A DNA stretch of 64,000 nt from Chitinophagaceae bacterium (GTDB lineage: Bacteria; Bacteroidota; Bacteroidia; Chitinophagales; Chitinophagaceae). The position numbers and the translations under genes were made by a program. The notes beneath the pieces were generated by a model. It saw only the letters and a list, made by a program, of their open reading frames with translations. It ran no database searches and was not told where the DNA came from. Shown here one piece after another: positions 1 through 9,285 of this stretch. Where the stretch lies: positions 1,234-65,233 of the forward strand of contig JAICXX010000013.1 of NCBI GenBank assembly GCA_025934485.1. The letters run 5' to 3'. Each line of letters starts with the position of its first letter. Within the stretch, counting starts at the first letter, position 1.

Positions 1-186
1 GCAGCTGTCTCGCAAGGGGTGTTCCTTGTTGCGGTGTTTTTTATTGAAAGGTTGCCCATGTTGCTTTTTTACATTGCGGCGGTGTGCACGGGTTTAGACC
101 TCATCGAAGAGATTGTTATGGTCTTCGTGTTGCAGCATTGGAAAGCGGACGTCAAAGGGATATTCTCTATAAAGAAGAAGACATGA
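1..186 (+). CDS. C-terminal fragment of a hydrophobic (membrane) protein; 5' end lies outside the window
   Basis: Frame 1 is open from base 1 to TGA at 184-186. The translation AAVSQGVFLVAVFFIERLPMLLFYIAAVCTGLDLIEEIVMVFVLQHWKADVKGIFSIKKKT reads like TM helices plus a basic tail. It is absent from the ORF track because it has no start codon in the window. Antisense frames share the same wobble position, so the strand call is not certain. Confidence 0.4.
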   Translation, partial: AAVSQGVFLVAVFFIERLPMLLFYIAAVCTGLDLIEEIVMVFVLQHWKADVKGIFSIKKKT

Positions 187-510
187 CTTCCTATCGACAC
201 CTTCATCGCACCGGTGGCATATGATCAGTTTGGCAGGAAGGTGAACATCCATTTTACGGGATCGTTCCAGTCTTTGCCGGTGAAACTGCCCACCGGTAAT
301 TTGACCAGGACCGTAATCCAGCCTTTCCTGAGTGGAATGAAGATGGGCTTGCGGTATTGGGTAAGATGCAGGATGTTTTTGACCACGCAATGTCACCGTT
401 TATCCCACGGTTTTTGATATGTTCATCGCCGAATAGCTCCGCCCAATGCGGACAAGCTCAGGATGGATAGCAAGCAGTAGAATATGACCGTTTTTCGCAT
501 GTGGCTGGAT

Positions 511-1689
511 TTACCATTTAATGGGAACGAACGTGATCGTTTTATAATCGTCCCTTTCGTACAGCACGCCGATGCGATGCGAGCCGAGGTTGACAAGATC
601 GCTATAGGCGGTGAATTCTTTTTGTTTTACCGGGTCTACGGGAATCGTTCGGCCCCAGGTCCGGCCTTCGTCATAGCTCAGGTGTAGGGTTAGGTTTTCG
701 CGTTCGCTGGTGTCGGCGGGGTTGCAGACGGCGATGACTGTTCGGCCGTGGCGGACGCCCAGGTTGAGGATGCTGCCCTGGCACACCGGGTCCGGCAGCC
801 GCGTATCGGCGTAGGTGGTGTCCCAATGGATACCGCCGTCGCTGCTGATGGCGATGACCCGGGCGCGCGGGTGACCCTGCTGGTTGCGGATGTTCAGCAT
901 CAGCTTGCCTCCTTCGAGGGGCGCTGCCATACATTCGTTGCCTCCAGGCAATGCGACGTCTTCGCTTAAATGAAAGGTCTTACCATGATCATCGGTATAG
1001 TAGCCATGGGCAATGCAATCCGCGAAATGCGGCTGAGGATCACCAACCGAATGGTTGGCGGCGATATAGATCCTGCCTTTATACGGACCGCTTGTAAACT
1101 GCGCGGCATGACCGGGCGTGTTGGCATAGGCCCGCCAGCCTTTACGTTTCACCTGGCTGGTGATGTTGACCGGATCGCTCCAGGTAAGGCCGTTGTCTGT
1201 AGATGTTTTGTACCATACCTCGCGAGTGCCGATGCCTCTGCGGATCTGGCCTTCGGTTTTATCTCCGGTGCAGTAGAAAAGGAACAGGCGGCCCTGTGGC
1301 CAGTCAGGGTCCGTGGCGTCGAGGACCGGCGCCGGGTTACCGGCCTGTAACGTGTCGTTGCTCGCGACAACTTGAAGCGGACTCCAGGAGCCGCCATTGT
1401 CGGCGCTCCGTTTTAACACGATCCTGATGTTGCCGAAATCGCTGGCGCCGTTGACGCGGCCTTCGCAAAACGCGAGAAGGTCGCCGTTTGCGGCTCTAAT
1501 GATTGCCGGAATGCGGAATGAGCGGTAGCCGTCCTCACCGGAGACGAATACGGGGCTTGGGCCTGCCAGTTGGACCGATGATGGTATATGTTGGTGACCT
1601 GCTGCGGGAAGTGATGGCTGCCGGGCGGAGACATAGGGCTGTTGGGCGCAGAAGGAGAGACCCAGAAACAGGGCGAGCATCTTTTTCAT
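511..1689 (-). CDS. nanH: exo-alpha-sialidase (GH33, BNR/Asp-box)
   Basis: 392-aa ORF with signal peptide MKKMLALFLGLSFCAQ and the FRIP motif (YRSFRIPAII). Four Asp boxes are present: SADNGGSW, STDNGLTW, SSDGGIHW, SYDEGRTW. Its ATG overlaps the stop of the upstream esterase (ATGA at 1686-1689). Confidence 0.9.
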   Translation of the reverse strand: MKKMLALFLGLSFCAQQPYVSARQPSLPAAGHQHIPSSVQLAGPSPVFVSGEDGYRSFRIPAIIRAANGDLLAFCEGRVNGASDFGNIRIVLKRSADNGGSWSPLQVVASNDTLQAGNPAPVLDATDPDWPQGRLFLFYCTGDKTEGQIRRGIGTREVWYKTSTDNGLTWSDPVNITSQVKRKGWRAYANTPGHAAQFTSGPYKGRIYIAANHSVGDPQPHFADCIAHGYYTDDHGKTFHLSEDVALPGGNECMAAPLEGGKLMLNIRNQQGHPRARVIAISSDGGIHWDTTYADTRLPDPVCQGSILNLGVRHGRTVIAVCNPADTSERENLTLHLSYDEGRTWGRTIPVDPVKQKEFTAYSDLVNLGSHRIGVLYERDDYKTITFVPIKW

Positions 1690-3152
1690 GGTAGAATCAG
1701 TTTAAACGTGGAGGCGGGAAGCTTTTCGCCGTTGCAGAGATTAGCGTCGGTATACGGTTTCCAGCCGTAGTAAACGGCCGCGGGTTTTTCTTTTGCGGGG
1801 ATCATGATGGTATCATCGCCGATGGTGGCGGCAGCGTCGGTGAGACCGTCGAGCGAGAAGCCGCGGAGGGATTGGCCGTCGGCGGTTTGCAGGCCCATAG
1901 GAGCATATTTGAAGGTTACGGTCACGGTATCATTCCGATAGCTTACGCTTATCGGTAGAGGGCCGCTGGGAAGCGTGTCGAGACCGTAGTCCCGGACGAG
2001 GGCCCAGCGGGCGAGGCGTTCGCCGACATCCTTTTTGTCCGTGGGGTGAACATCGTTTTTGAAGCCGAGATCGCTGCTGACGGCCATTCCGCCGTGTGGT
2101 AGTTGATTCAGCAACTGGCGTTGATCATCCCGGAACTGCGGCCAGTACTGGGAGGCATAATGCGCCGTGTCGATCGAAGATAATTGTACCCAGTAAAAGG
2201 GCAATGCGGGTTGATGCCAGGCTTTCCGATAGCCTGCGACCAGAACCTTCATGAGCGCATTGTATTCGGTAATCCGCGGTAGTTCCTGCGCGTTGCTTTC
2301 GCCCTGGTACCAGATCACGCCGCGAATGGGCAGCGGGGTGATGGGTTCGATGCCCGCCCGATAGGCGAAACCCGGTTTGTAGCCATGGTTCGGCCCCTGA
2401 CCGTCGCCGATGGCGTGGGTATTGCCAGCAATGTTTTCCTGCCCACGCTTGCGGACCCATACCGGGAGGGCGTCGTTTGTAAGCCAGTTACCCGCGGTCT
2501 TCGCGGCGAAGCGGCCTTTGCTTAGCGCTTGCCTGCTGATAAAGGTTTCCGCCGGGCAGCCGCCGATGGCCAGGTTGATGAGGCCTACGGGTACTTGTTC
2601 GCGGCGGGCGATCGTCTTGCCGAAATAGTAGCCTACGGCACTCATGGTCCCAACCGTATTGCTGTCGCAATGCTGCCAGGTTCCGGAGTAGAAGCTTGCC
2701 GGCTGCAGAGCCAGTAGCATGGAGTCGGTGTAAGGTTTACCATAAACGTCTTTTCCGATATAAGTGGGATTGTAGAGCCGGAGCAGCGGTTGGTTGCTTT
2801 GTCGTACTTCGCTTTTGAAATGCATTTCCCGGCTCATAGGAAATTCCATATTCGACTGGCCCAGACAAAGCCAGAGATCACCGATGAGGATATCGTTTAG
2901 AAATATGCTATCGCGGCCGCTGCTGACCATGAGTTGTTGCGGGTTCGCGTTGGCTTTTTGTTTATGGCAAAACAGGCTCCAGGTGGAGTCTTTCTTTACG
3001 GTTGTCCTGCGGCGTTCGCCGGCGAAGCTTACCCATACCGTGGCGCCTGGAAGCCCTTTGCCCCAGAAGTGCAGCGGCTGGTCGCGTTGCAGGACCATGT
3101 GATCGGCGAAGATGGGGGCGAGACGGAGATAGAGCAGCAAAAGAGCGATCAT
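1686..3152 (-). CDS. sialate O-acetylesterase (SGNH-type)
   Basis: Motifs GQSNMEFPM and VIWYQGESN are typical of sialic-acid-specific 9-O-acetylesterases. I place the start at internal Met67 (MIALLLLYL...) at 3152, which gives an ATGA overlap with the upstream epimerase stop. The 66-aa extension in the ORF track is Arg/Pro-rich and lies inside the upstream gene. Confidence 0.85.
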   Translation of the reverse strand: MIALLLLYLRLAPIFADHMVLQRDQPLHFWGKGLPGATVWVSFAGERRRTTVKKDSTWSLFCHKQKANANPQQLMVSSGRDSIFLNDILIGDLWLCLGQSNMEFPMSREMHFKSEVRQSNQPLLRLYNPTYIGKDVYGKPYTDSMLLALQPASFYSGTWQHCDSNTVGTMSAVGYYFGKTIARREQVPVGLINLAIGGCPAETFISRQALSKGRFAAKTAGNWLTNDALPVWVRKRGQENIAGNTHAIGDGQGPNHGYKPGFAYRAGIEPITPLPIRGVIWYQGESNAQELPRITEYNALMKVLVAGYRKAWHQPALPFYWVQLSSIDTAHYASQYWPQFRDDQRQLLNQLPHGGMAVSSDLGFKNDVHPTDKKDVGERLARWALVRDYGLDTLPSGPLPISVSYRNDTVTVTFKYAPMGLQTADGQSLRGFSLDGLTDAAATIGDDTIMIPAKEKPAAVYYGWKPYTDANLCNGEKLPASTFKLILP

Positions 3153-4342
3153 GAATTGTTTTTTTTGAGGTGCGAGTCGAGTAAATGCGTACAATACCAT
3201 TCTTGTCTCGGGAGATGGAACGGTCCTTTGAACAGGTTCCCTTTGGCGGGTTGGGCGACTCCGCCATCGCGGTGGAGATAACCAAACCATTCGCCGTGTG
3301 TCTCGTCGGGGAATTTCGAATAGGCATATCCGTGTACAAGCCGGTGCCATCCGGCGTATTTAGGATCGCCGGTAAGGAGATAGGCTAAAAGGGTAGCGAT
3401 GATCGTCTCGTTGTGCGGCCACCAGAATTTCATATCCTGCCAGTATTCCTGGACCGGCTTTCCGTAGACATCGCGGAAATAAAAGATGCCGCCATATTCC
3501 TCATCCCAGCCACGCGCCCACATATAGTCGAGCATCCGGCAGCCGAGTTTGATCAGGTGCGGGTCGTTGCCCCGGTGGGCGGCTTCATGAAGGATGAACC
3601 AGGCGCCTTCGATGGCATGACCGGGATTCAAGGTCCTGCCGTCGATATGGTCGATGATGTCGCCGTTGGGGGCAACCTGTTCCATCACGCAGGCGATATC
3701 GTCTTTGACGAAGTCCCGCTCGATCTCTTCGATCCACCGACTGATCCACTCGTCGCACCGCTGGTCGCCGATGGTAGCCCGTAGCTGCTGGGCGGTATTG
3801 ATCATGATCATCGGCACGCCGATGCCTTTCGAGGGACGGGTTCCGGTATATTTGGCGGGTAACGGTCGTTCGCCGGCGGCGTAGGCAATGCAGTCGCCAA
3901 ACACTTTCCGGGCCAGGTGGGCCGCCCGGATATTGTCTGTGGCTTGCGCATAGGCGGCACTTGCGATGACGTAAAACGTCTCCGAGAAAAAATAGCGGCG
4001 TTTTCGCAACGGTCGTCCGTCTCGTGTAACGTGGAAGAACATATGGTCGTCCGTATCGAAGCAATGTCTATTGAGAAATTCGTAACCAAGGTTGGCGCCG
4101 TCCAACCATTCGGGTCGCGGCGCGACGGTATTGTAGAGCGTCGATAGCAACCAGGTCGCACGACCCTGGATCCAGACCGCCTTGTCGTCATCGATGAGGC
4201 TGCCGTCGGCGTCGCGCATCAGCAAGAATCCGCCATGGTCACGGTCAAAGGAGCGGGGGAACCAAAAGGGGACGGTATCATCGAGCAGGCGGCTTTTGTA
4301 GAAGCCGGCAAGCTGCTGAAGATCTTCTATGCTATAATTCAT
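3149..4342 (-). CDS. N-acylglucosamine 2-epimerase (AGE/renin-binding-protein family)
   Basis: MNYSIEDLQQLAGFYKSRLLDDTVPFWFPRSFDRDHGGFLL and KFWWPHNETIIA match the AGE-family pattern. The start is chosen at Met48 (4342); it overlaps the MFS gene end by 11 nt. Confidence 0.9.
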   Translation of the reverse strand: MNYSIEDLQQLAGFYKSRLLDDTVPFWFPRSFDRDHGGFLLMRDADGSLIDDDKAVWIQGRATWLLSTLYNTVAPRPEWLDGANLGYEFLNRHCFDTDDHMFFHVTRDGRPLRKRRYFFSETFYVIASAAYAQATDNIRAAHLARKVFGDCIAYAAGERPLPAKYTGTRPSKGIGVPMIMINTAQQLRATIGDQRCDEWISRWIEEIERDFVKDDIACVMEQVAPNGDIIDHIDGRTLNPGHAIEGAWFILHEAAHRGNDPHLIKLGCRMLDYMWARGWDEEYGGIFYFRDVYGKPVQEYWQDMKFWWPHNETIIATLLAYLLTGDPKYAGWHRLVHGYAYSKFPDETHGEWFGYLHRDGGVAQPAKGNLFKGPFHLPRQEWYCTHLLDSHLKKNNS

Positions 4343-5540
4343 TCGATTTCGGTTTAAGGAAAATATATTGTAAAACGACCGCCAACAGGACGATGCTGGC
4401 CAGGGCGGCAAAGCCGGTCCCCAGATGGCCCTCATCCGTTGATCTTCCCAGCAGACCGGTGATCCAGGCGCCGCCGAAGACACCGGTGGTATTCATGAGC
4501 CCATAGCCGGTAGCACGGGAGGACGGCGGTACGAACTGACATAGGATCGGCATATAGTTGGCGTCAGTGATGCCTAGACCCACACCGAATCCGAACATAG
4601 CGGCGATGGTGTCTACCGTGGAGTGGCCCAGGCCAATCAGCAGGAGGGAGGGGATCGTGAGAGACAGGCCGATACAGCTGGTATAGATGCGACCGCGGCT
4701 CGTGCGGATTACCCATTTGTCGGATACCACGCCCCCGGCGAGTACACCCAGCAGCGATGCCATGGAAAGGGTGATCGTTACGATAGGGCCCGCCATCGAC
4801 ATGTCGAGCCGCAGGTTCTGGGCGGCGAGGGTAGGGAGCCAGTTCTTGACGGCCCAGCCGGGTACGCTTGCCGCCGCGAAATAAATGAGGATGATATAAA
4901 AGGCGGGGGTGCGGAACAATGCACGGGGGTTGGCGATTGTGGGCTGCGTGGCGGGCTGCGGACCGGCTGATCTTTTTTCCCGCAGGCAAAGAGCAAGCAA
5001 CATGGCATAGGCGATGCCGATGAAGCCAAACCAATGGAAGGTGGCATGCCAGCTATAGAAGGCGGCCACGGTGGCGCCAAAACCGCCAAGGGCCTGGCCA
5101 AGGTAGATACCCGTCATGTGTACACCCACGGCGAGTGAGCGGGTACCCTTGGAGTGATAGTCGACGATGAGGGAAAGGCCCGCCGGCAGATAAAGCGCCT
5201 CACTGATTCCCATCAGGGCGCGCAATGCGTAGAGTTGATGGAAGCTATGTGCGAAACCCATGGCGGAGGTGACGGCAGACCAGACGAGCAGGCTGGCTAC
5301 GATGAGCCATTTGCGGTTAAAGCGGTCCGCTATCCACCCCGCTACCGGGCTCATACAACCGTAGATCCAGAGAAAGATGGCCATGAGATAACCGAAGTTC
5401 TCCGCGGAGCGCAGTTCGGGGATGGCCTTTTCCATTGAGGGCCGCATGGTCGACAGCATCTGTCGGTCCATATAATTCAGCAGGGCCACGCCCCACAGGA
5501 GTCCAACGACGAACCAGGCATATCGTTTCGACACTTTCAT
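4332..5540 (-). CDS. MFS transporter, candidate sialate/hexosamine importer
   Basis: 402 aa with about 12 hydrophobic segments and an MFS loop motif GWIADRFNRKW. It is embedded in the sialic-acid operon, with an ATGA overlap to the upstream gene at 5537-5540. Confidence 0.85.
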   Translation of the reverse strand: MKVSKRYAWFVVGLLWGVALLNYMDRQMLSTMRPSMEKAIPELRSAENFGYLMAIFLWIYGCMSPVAGWIADRFNRKWLIVASLLVWSAVTSAMGFAHSFHQLYALRALMGISEALYLPAGLSLIVDYHSKGTRSLAVGVHMTGIYLGQALGGFGATVAAFYSWHATFHWFGFIGIAYAMLLALCLREKRSAGPQPATQPTIANPRALFRTPAFYIILIYFAAASVPGWAVKNWLPTLAAQNLRLDMSMAGPIVTITLSMASLLGVLAGGVVSDKWVIRTSRGRIYTSCIGLSLTIPSLLLIGLGHSTVDTIAAMFGFGVGLGITDANYMPILCQFVPPSSRATGYGLMNTTGVFGGAWITGLLGRSTDEGHLGTGFAALASIVLLAVVLQYIFLKPKSNEL

Positions 5541-6802
5541 GGCTGGACTGATTTAGCCGCATTGGCCTGCGTGGTTAGAGATTGCAGGTCGCACAGGAGT
5601 ATGTCGGCGCTCCGTGTCCCCGGCTTGACCTCACCGCAGGGGATCACAAGGACATTGTCCCAACGGACCGCTGTAGTCGTCACGGGCGCCGGCATCGGCA
5701 GGTCACCCAGTTGTGTCCAGCGATCCTGCGCCGGATCATAGCGAAGGATACCTCGCCAGAACCCTGGGTGGTGATCGATGATCGCCAGCTTTTGCCGCTG
5801 CAATTGTCGTTTCAAAGCGTCATCGGTAGTCGCGGCGAGTTGAACGTTGAGGGCCTCCAACTCATGAAAGATGCGCCCATCGTCCCCGCCGATCACCAGG
5901 ATGCCGCCGTCGTCATCCGCTACCGCATTGGCCGCAGCCAGATCAGGCGGATAAGCGCCATCGCCAATGGAATGCATCTGGCTCCAGGCCCGCATCGAAG
6001 GATCATAGTGGAAGACGGTGTTGTGGAGCGTGCTAATGCCGGAAGCCGTCTTGCTTCGACCGCCGATCAGGTAAAGCGATGCGTGCGCTGTCTTGCCCGT
6101 GCCGGGATCGGCAGCAGCAGTTACTGCAACGGCCGCCGTGTGCGATAGCGCTACCGGCAGATCGCGTAGCGTTTGCCAATGCGTTGGATGAGTGAGATCG
6201 AGACAAAAGAAACTGGCCAGGGCGCGGGTGGCGTTCTCGCCGCCGGCAAGATAAACGGTGTTGCCGATGAGCGCGGCGCCGGCATTGGCCAGCGGGATCG
6301 GCAAGTCGGGCAGATCCTTGTAATGGAGCTGTTTGCCTGCTGAGTCCCAATGCAACAGGAAGACCTTTTTCGAATAGCCGCCTGCGTTTTCTCCGCCGAT
6401 ACAGAGCACGCCCTCGGGCACCGTTACGCTTGCCCCATAAGCCAGCTTTTGCGGAAGGCGGAAGGACGTCGCGGTGTACCATTTGTAAGACACCGCAGCT
6501 CCGGCCTTAGGGCTCGCGGCTGCTGCGATGGCGCGTCTTTCCAGGATATAGACCTCGTCTACATATTCTTTCCTGCCGCCTTCCCAGGGTTTTTTGTCCG
6601 GGAAGTTGGACCCGCCTGCAACGATCAGGGCGTTACCGCTGATCCCCGAGAAGGGGCCGGCCACTCCGATTTGCGTGGAGCGGCCGGCGGGTACGGGAAG
6701 CCGGGCGACGACGGACCACGCAGGGCACACCGGATCACTTAGACTTGAATGCATCAAAATCAAGAGCGGACACATCCTTTTTAAAATGTTCAAATTGAGC
6801 AT
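5537..6802 (-). CDS. nanM: Kelch-repeat, cyclically permuted mutarotase-like protein (NanM-like Neu5Ac epimerase)
   Basis: Repeated Kelch-like blades with GG doublets (IVAGGSNF, LCIGGENA, VYLAGGENA, LYLIGGRS, ILVIGGDDG). The position between lyase and transporter matches Bacteroidota nan loci. The start is uncertain: 6802, 6775 and 6754 are all ATG, and the ORF overlaps the nanA 3' end. Confidence 0.75.
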   Translation of the reverse strand: MLNLNILKRMCPLLILMHSSLSDPVCPAWSVVARLPVPAGRSTQIGVAGPFSGISGNALIVAGGSNFPDKKPWEGGRKEYVDEVYILERRAIAAAASPKAGAAVSYKWYTATSFRLPQKLAYGASVTVPEGVLCIGGENAGGYSKKVFLLHWDSAGKQLHYKDLPDLPIPLANAGAALIGNTVYLAGGENATRALASFFCLDLTHPTHWQTLRDLPVALSHTAAVAVTAAADPGTGKTAHASLYLIGGRSKTASGISTLHNTVFHYDPSMRAWSQMHSIGDGAYPPDLAAANAVADDDGGILVIGGDDGRIFHELEALNVQLAATTDDALKRQLQRQKLAIIDHHPGFWRGILRYDPAQDRWTQLGDLPMPAPVTTTAVRWDNVLVIPCGEVKPGTRSADILLCDLQSLTTQANAAKSVQP

Positions 6803-7655
6803 CGGACATATTTTTTACCGGCAGCCGGAATACACCGCAGTCGAGACCTATGAGCTTCATATATGCTTTTCCGGTGGCAATACCGCCGTATTTACCCAGC
6901 AGCCGGATCATATCGATGGAGCGCTGTTGCCATATCCGTGCACACGCCATGTCGCCGCGTTCATAGGCTGAGATCAATTGCTTATAAAGCGGTGCGGCAT
7001 AATTGAAGGTACTCCCCACCGCGCCCCGGGCGCCCACCGCGAGCGCCGGCAGCATGTTCTCGTCGCGACCCCAGAGCATGTCGTACCGGCTGTCTTTAAA
7101 GTGCAGACAGCTGAGGAAATCCATAAAGTCCTCATGGGTGTATTTGATCCCAGCGAAATTGGGGATCGTATCACCGATGGCCGTCAGCAATTCGTACATC
7201 GTGAAGGGTACGCCCGTGAGCACAGGGATATGGTAATAGTAAAAAGGCATATCCCCAACAGCCGAGGCTACCTCGCGACAGACCGCCGCAAGCGTACCGA
7301 TATCGGCCGGCTTGAAATAGGATGGGGCGGCCAGCGAGATCCCATAAAGACCCAGGTCCCGTGCATACCGCGCCAGCTCCACGCCTTCAGCAAGGCTGTT
7401 TCCGCTGACCAGCAGCATGACCTTGAACGATTGATCACCCCGGGTGGCTTCCGCCCATGCGGCCGCTACCTGTTTCTTCTCGGCCAGGGATAAGGAGGCG
7501 CCTTCGCCGGTCGAACCGCAGATGAATGCGCCGGTGAGGCCATTCCGCTTCAGAAAAACATAGTATTCCCGGATCAATATTACGTTAATACTTCCATCCG
7601 TGTTCAGCGGAGTGAAGGGGGCCGCAATTAGTCCCTCTAGTCGTTGTAGTCTCAT
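6735..7655 (-). CDS. nanA: N-acetylneuraminate lyase (DapA/NAL family)
   Basis: 306 aa with the GSTGEG motif, a Schiff-base lysine context FAGIKYT, and a class I aldolase layout. Confidence 0.9.
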   Translation of the reverse strand: MRLQRLEGLIAAPFTPLNTDGSINVILIREYYVFLKRNGLTGAFICGSTGEGASLSLAEKKQVAAAWAEATRGDQSFKVMLLVSGNSLAEGVELARYARDLGLYGISLAAPSYFKPADIGTLAAVCREVASAVGDMPFYYYHIPVLTGVPFTMYELLTAIGDTIPNFAGIKYTHEDFMDFLSCLHFKDSRYDMLWGRDENMLPALAVGARGAVGSTFNYAAPLYKQLISAYERGDMACARIWQQRSIDMIRLLGKYGGIATGKAYMKLIGLDCGVFRLPVKNMSDAQFEHFKKDVSALDFDAFKSK

Positions 7656-7662
7656 GTGGTTG

Positions 7663-9267
7663 TTAATTTGAAGTATACCCGGGATTTTGAACCAGGTCGG
7701 GATTATTGGTCAAAGCGGCCACATCGATTGGCCAAAGCAACTGGTAGGCCTGTGTGGCGGTCGTGTGTTCGAATACATAGGAGCCGGCGGGATCCATCCG
7801 GACGAGATCATACCATCTTTTCCCTTCAAAGATGAATTCGTAGAGCCGTTCCTGCAGCAGTGCTTCCCTGGGATTGGCGTCGATGGGTTGGTTTGGATAG
7901 CCAATAGTAGCGGCATTGTAGTTGGCGCCATAGGCCCGGGCCCGTACGGCGTTGATCTCGTTCGACGGATCGGTGCCGAGGATGATCTCTGCTTCGGCTT
8001 TCAGCAATAAGAGATCTGCGTACCGGTAGATCGGGAAGTCATTGTCGATCGCGCGGTTACCGGCGACGAACTCGCCCTGGTATTTGTCGACAAAACAACC
8101 GGCAATGGTGTACGCGCCACCGGAATAGGTGTAGGCCGGCTGGATCGACGCCAGCGCACGCGAATCCAGGGGATTGAACTGGCGAAAGGTCGCGATCTTC
8201 ACGGGTGCCCGGAGCAGACCGCCCCAGTTGCCGGTGGTATTGGGATTGAATTTGGTGTTATTTACGGAGTCGTAGAAGTTCGAGATCAGCCCCGTCTGCG
8301 GGACGAACGAGCTCGTGACAAACCCCATGGTCGCTTCGTTGACGGTGGTGCTGTACAAATAATGCGAGGCGAAGATGATCTCGGAATTGTCCCGGTTCGC
8401 TGACGAGAATACGCTGGCGTAGGGCGACAGAAGACCGCTGCCGGCGACGGCGCCTGTTACGGACGTATTCGTGTTAACGAGCTTTAAGGACGGCACATTG
8501 GTCTGAATGTCGTTGAGGGCATTCAGCGCAGTGGCGGCGTCGGCCGTGCTGCCGCCGCGATAGCTGGTCCACAGATAGACTTCGGCTTCCAGCATTTCCG
8601 TCGCCGCCTTTGACCAGTAGGCCTTACCAAAACCGGAGAAGAAGGCATAGTTGGAACCGAAGTTCGTGAGCGAACTGTCGATATCCGTTTTGATCAGCGC
8701 CGTGACTGTGGCTGCGGAGGAAGCCGGTTTGGCGAGCGCGGAGATAGTAAAGGAGCCCACGGGCGCCGTTTGAATGACCACGCCGCCCCAGGACCGCATC
8801 AGCTGAAAATAATAGAACGCCCGCATCCCATAGGCGATGCCGAGATAGTAGCTTTTGTTGGCGGCCGGCACGACGCTGGTCGTGTTCAGCTTGCTGATGA
8901 GCAGGTTGAGCTGGACAATATTATAATAGAACCCGCCGAAATTGGTCACTGGCGTCGCGGTGAGCGTAAGCGTATTGAGCCAGCTGCGTTCCTCGCCCTG
9001 CGTGGCCTCGCCGGTAAAGGATCCCAGGTTGCCGGGATCGGTGCCGAAGATGTCGCTGCGCATCTCGCCCAGTACCTGCATGGTTGCGTTGTCGCTGCGG
9101 AATTGTGTGTGAACACCGGTGACAAAGGCATCGAACTGGCTTGACGTCTGCCAGTAGTTCGCATTGCTGATATTGCTGATGGGGGAGAGGTTCAGCTGTT
9201 TTTGACAGGAGCCCAGGCCGGTGAGGGCGGCCAGCCCGATGGTAAGTATGCTTAGATAATTTTTCAT
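7663..9267 (-). CDS. SusD/RagB family nutrient-binding lipoprotein
   Basis: Lipoprotein signal ...LTGLGSCQK, 534 aa, located immediately downstream of a SusC gene. The C-terminal region is SusD-like (YRYADLLLLKAEAE, RLYEFIFEGKRWYDLVR). Confidence 0.9.
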   Translation of the reverse strand: MKNYLSILTIGLAALTGLGSCQKQLNLSPISNISNANYWQTSSQFDAFVTGVHTQFRSDNATMQVLGEMRSDIFGTDPGNLGSFTGEATQGEERSWLNTLTLTATPVTNFGGFYYNIVQLNLLISKLNTTSVVPAANKSYYLGIAYGMRAFYYFQLMRSWGGVVIQTAPVGSFTISALAKPASSAATVTALIKTDIDSSLTNFGSNYAFFSGFGKAYWSKAATEMLEAEVYLWTSYRGGSTADAATALNALNDIQTNVPSLKLVNTNTSVTGAVAGSGLLSPYASVFSSANRDNSEIIFASHYLYSTTVNEATMGFVTSSFVPQTGLISNFYDSVNNTKFNPNTTGNWGGLLRAPVKIATFRQFNPLDSRALASIQPAYTYSGGAYTIAGCFVDKYQGEFVAGNRAIDNDFPIYRYADLLLLKAEAEIILGTDPSNEINAVRARAYGANYNAATIGYPNQPIDANPREALLQERLYEFIFEGKRWYDLVRMDPAGSYVFEHTTATQAYQLLWPIDVAALTNNPDLVQNPGYTSN

Positions 9268-9285
9268 TGTTGCTGTTTTGTTGGA

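Noticed and set aside
11-45. Imperfect hairpin followed by a T run (cgcaagg...ccttgttgcg gtgttttttatt) that looked like a terminator
   Set aside because: It lies inside the open frame 1-186, which reads as a membrane-protein C-terminus. The stem is imperfect.
94-396. 100-aa minus-strand ORF and 67-aa plus-strand ORF (214-417) from the ORF track
   Set aside because: Neither has protein-like composition or a recognisable motif. The 94-396 ORF also overlaps the more convincing plus-strand C-terminal fragment at 1-186. The region is described as ambiguous in the findings instead.
1686-3350. Long N-terminal extensions in the ORF track (esterase 66 aa, epimerase 47 aa, GH20-GH29 22 aa, Rrf2 37 aa, gap 24 aa, FecR 28 aa, SDR 12 aa, DUF72 9 aa)
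   Set aside because: The extensions are Arg/Pro-rich or overlap the upstream gene. Internal ATGs give canonical family N-termini or signal peptides, often with ATGA coupling to the upstream gene. The shorter coordinates were used.
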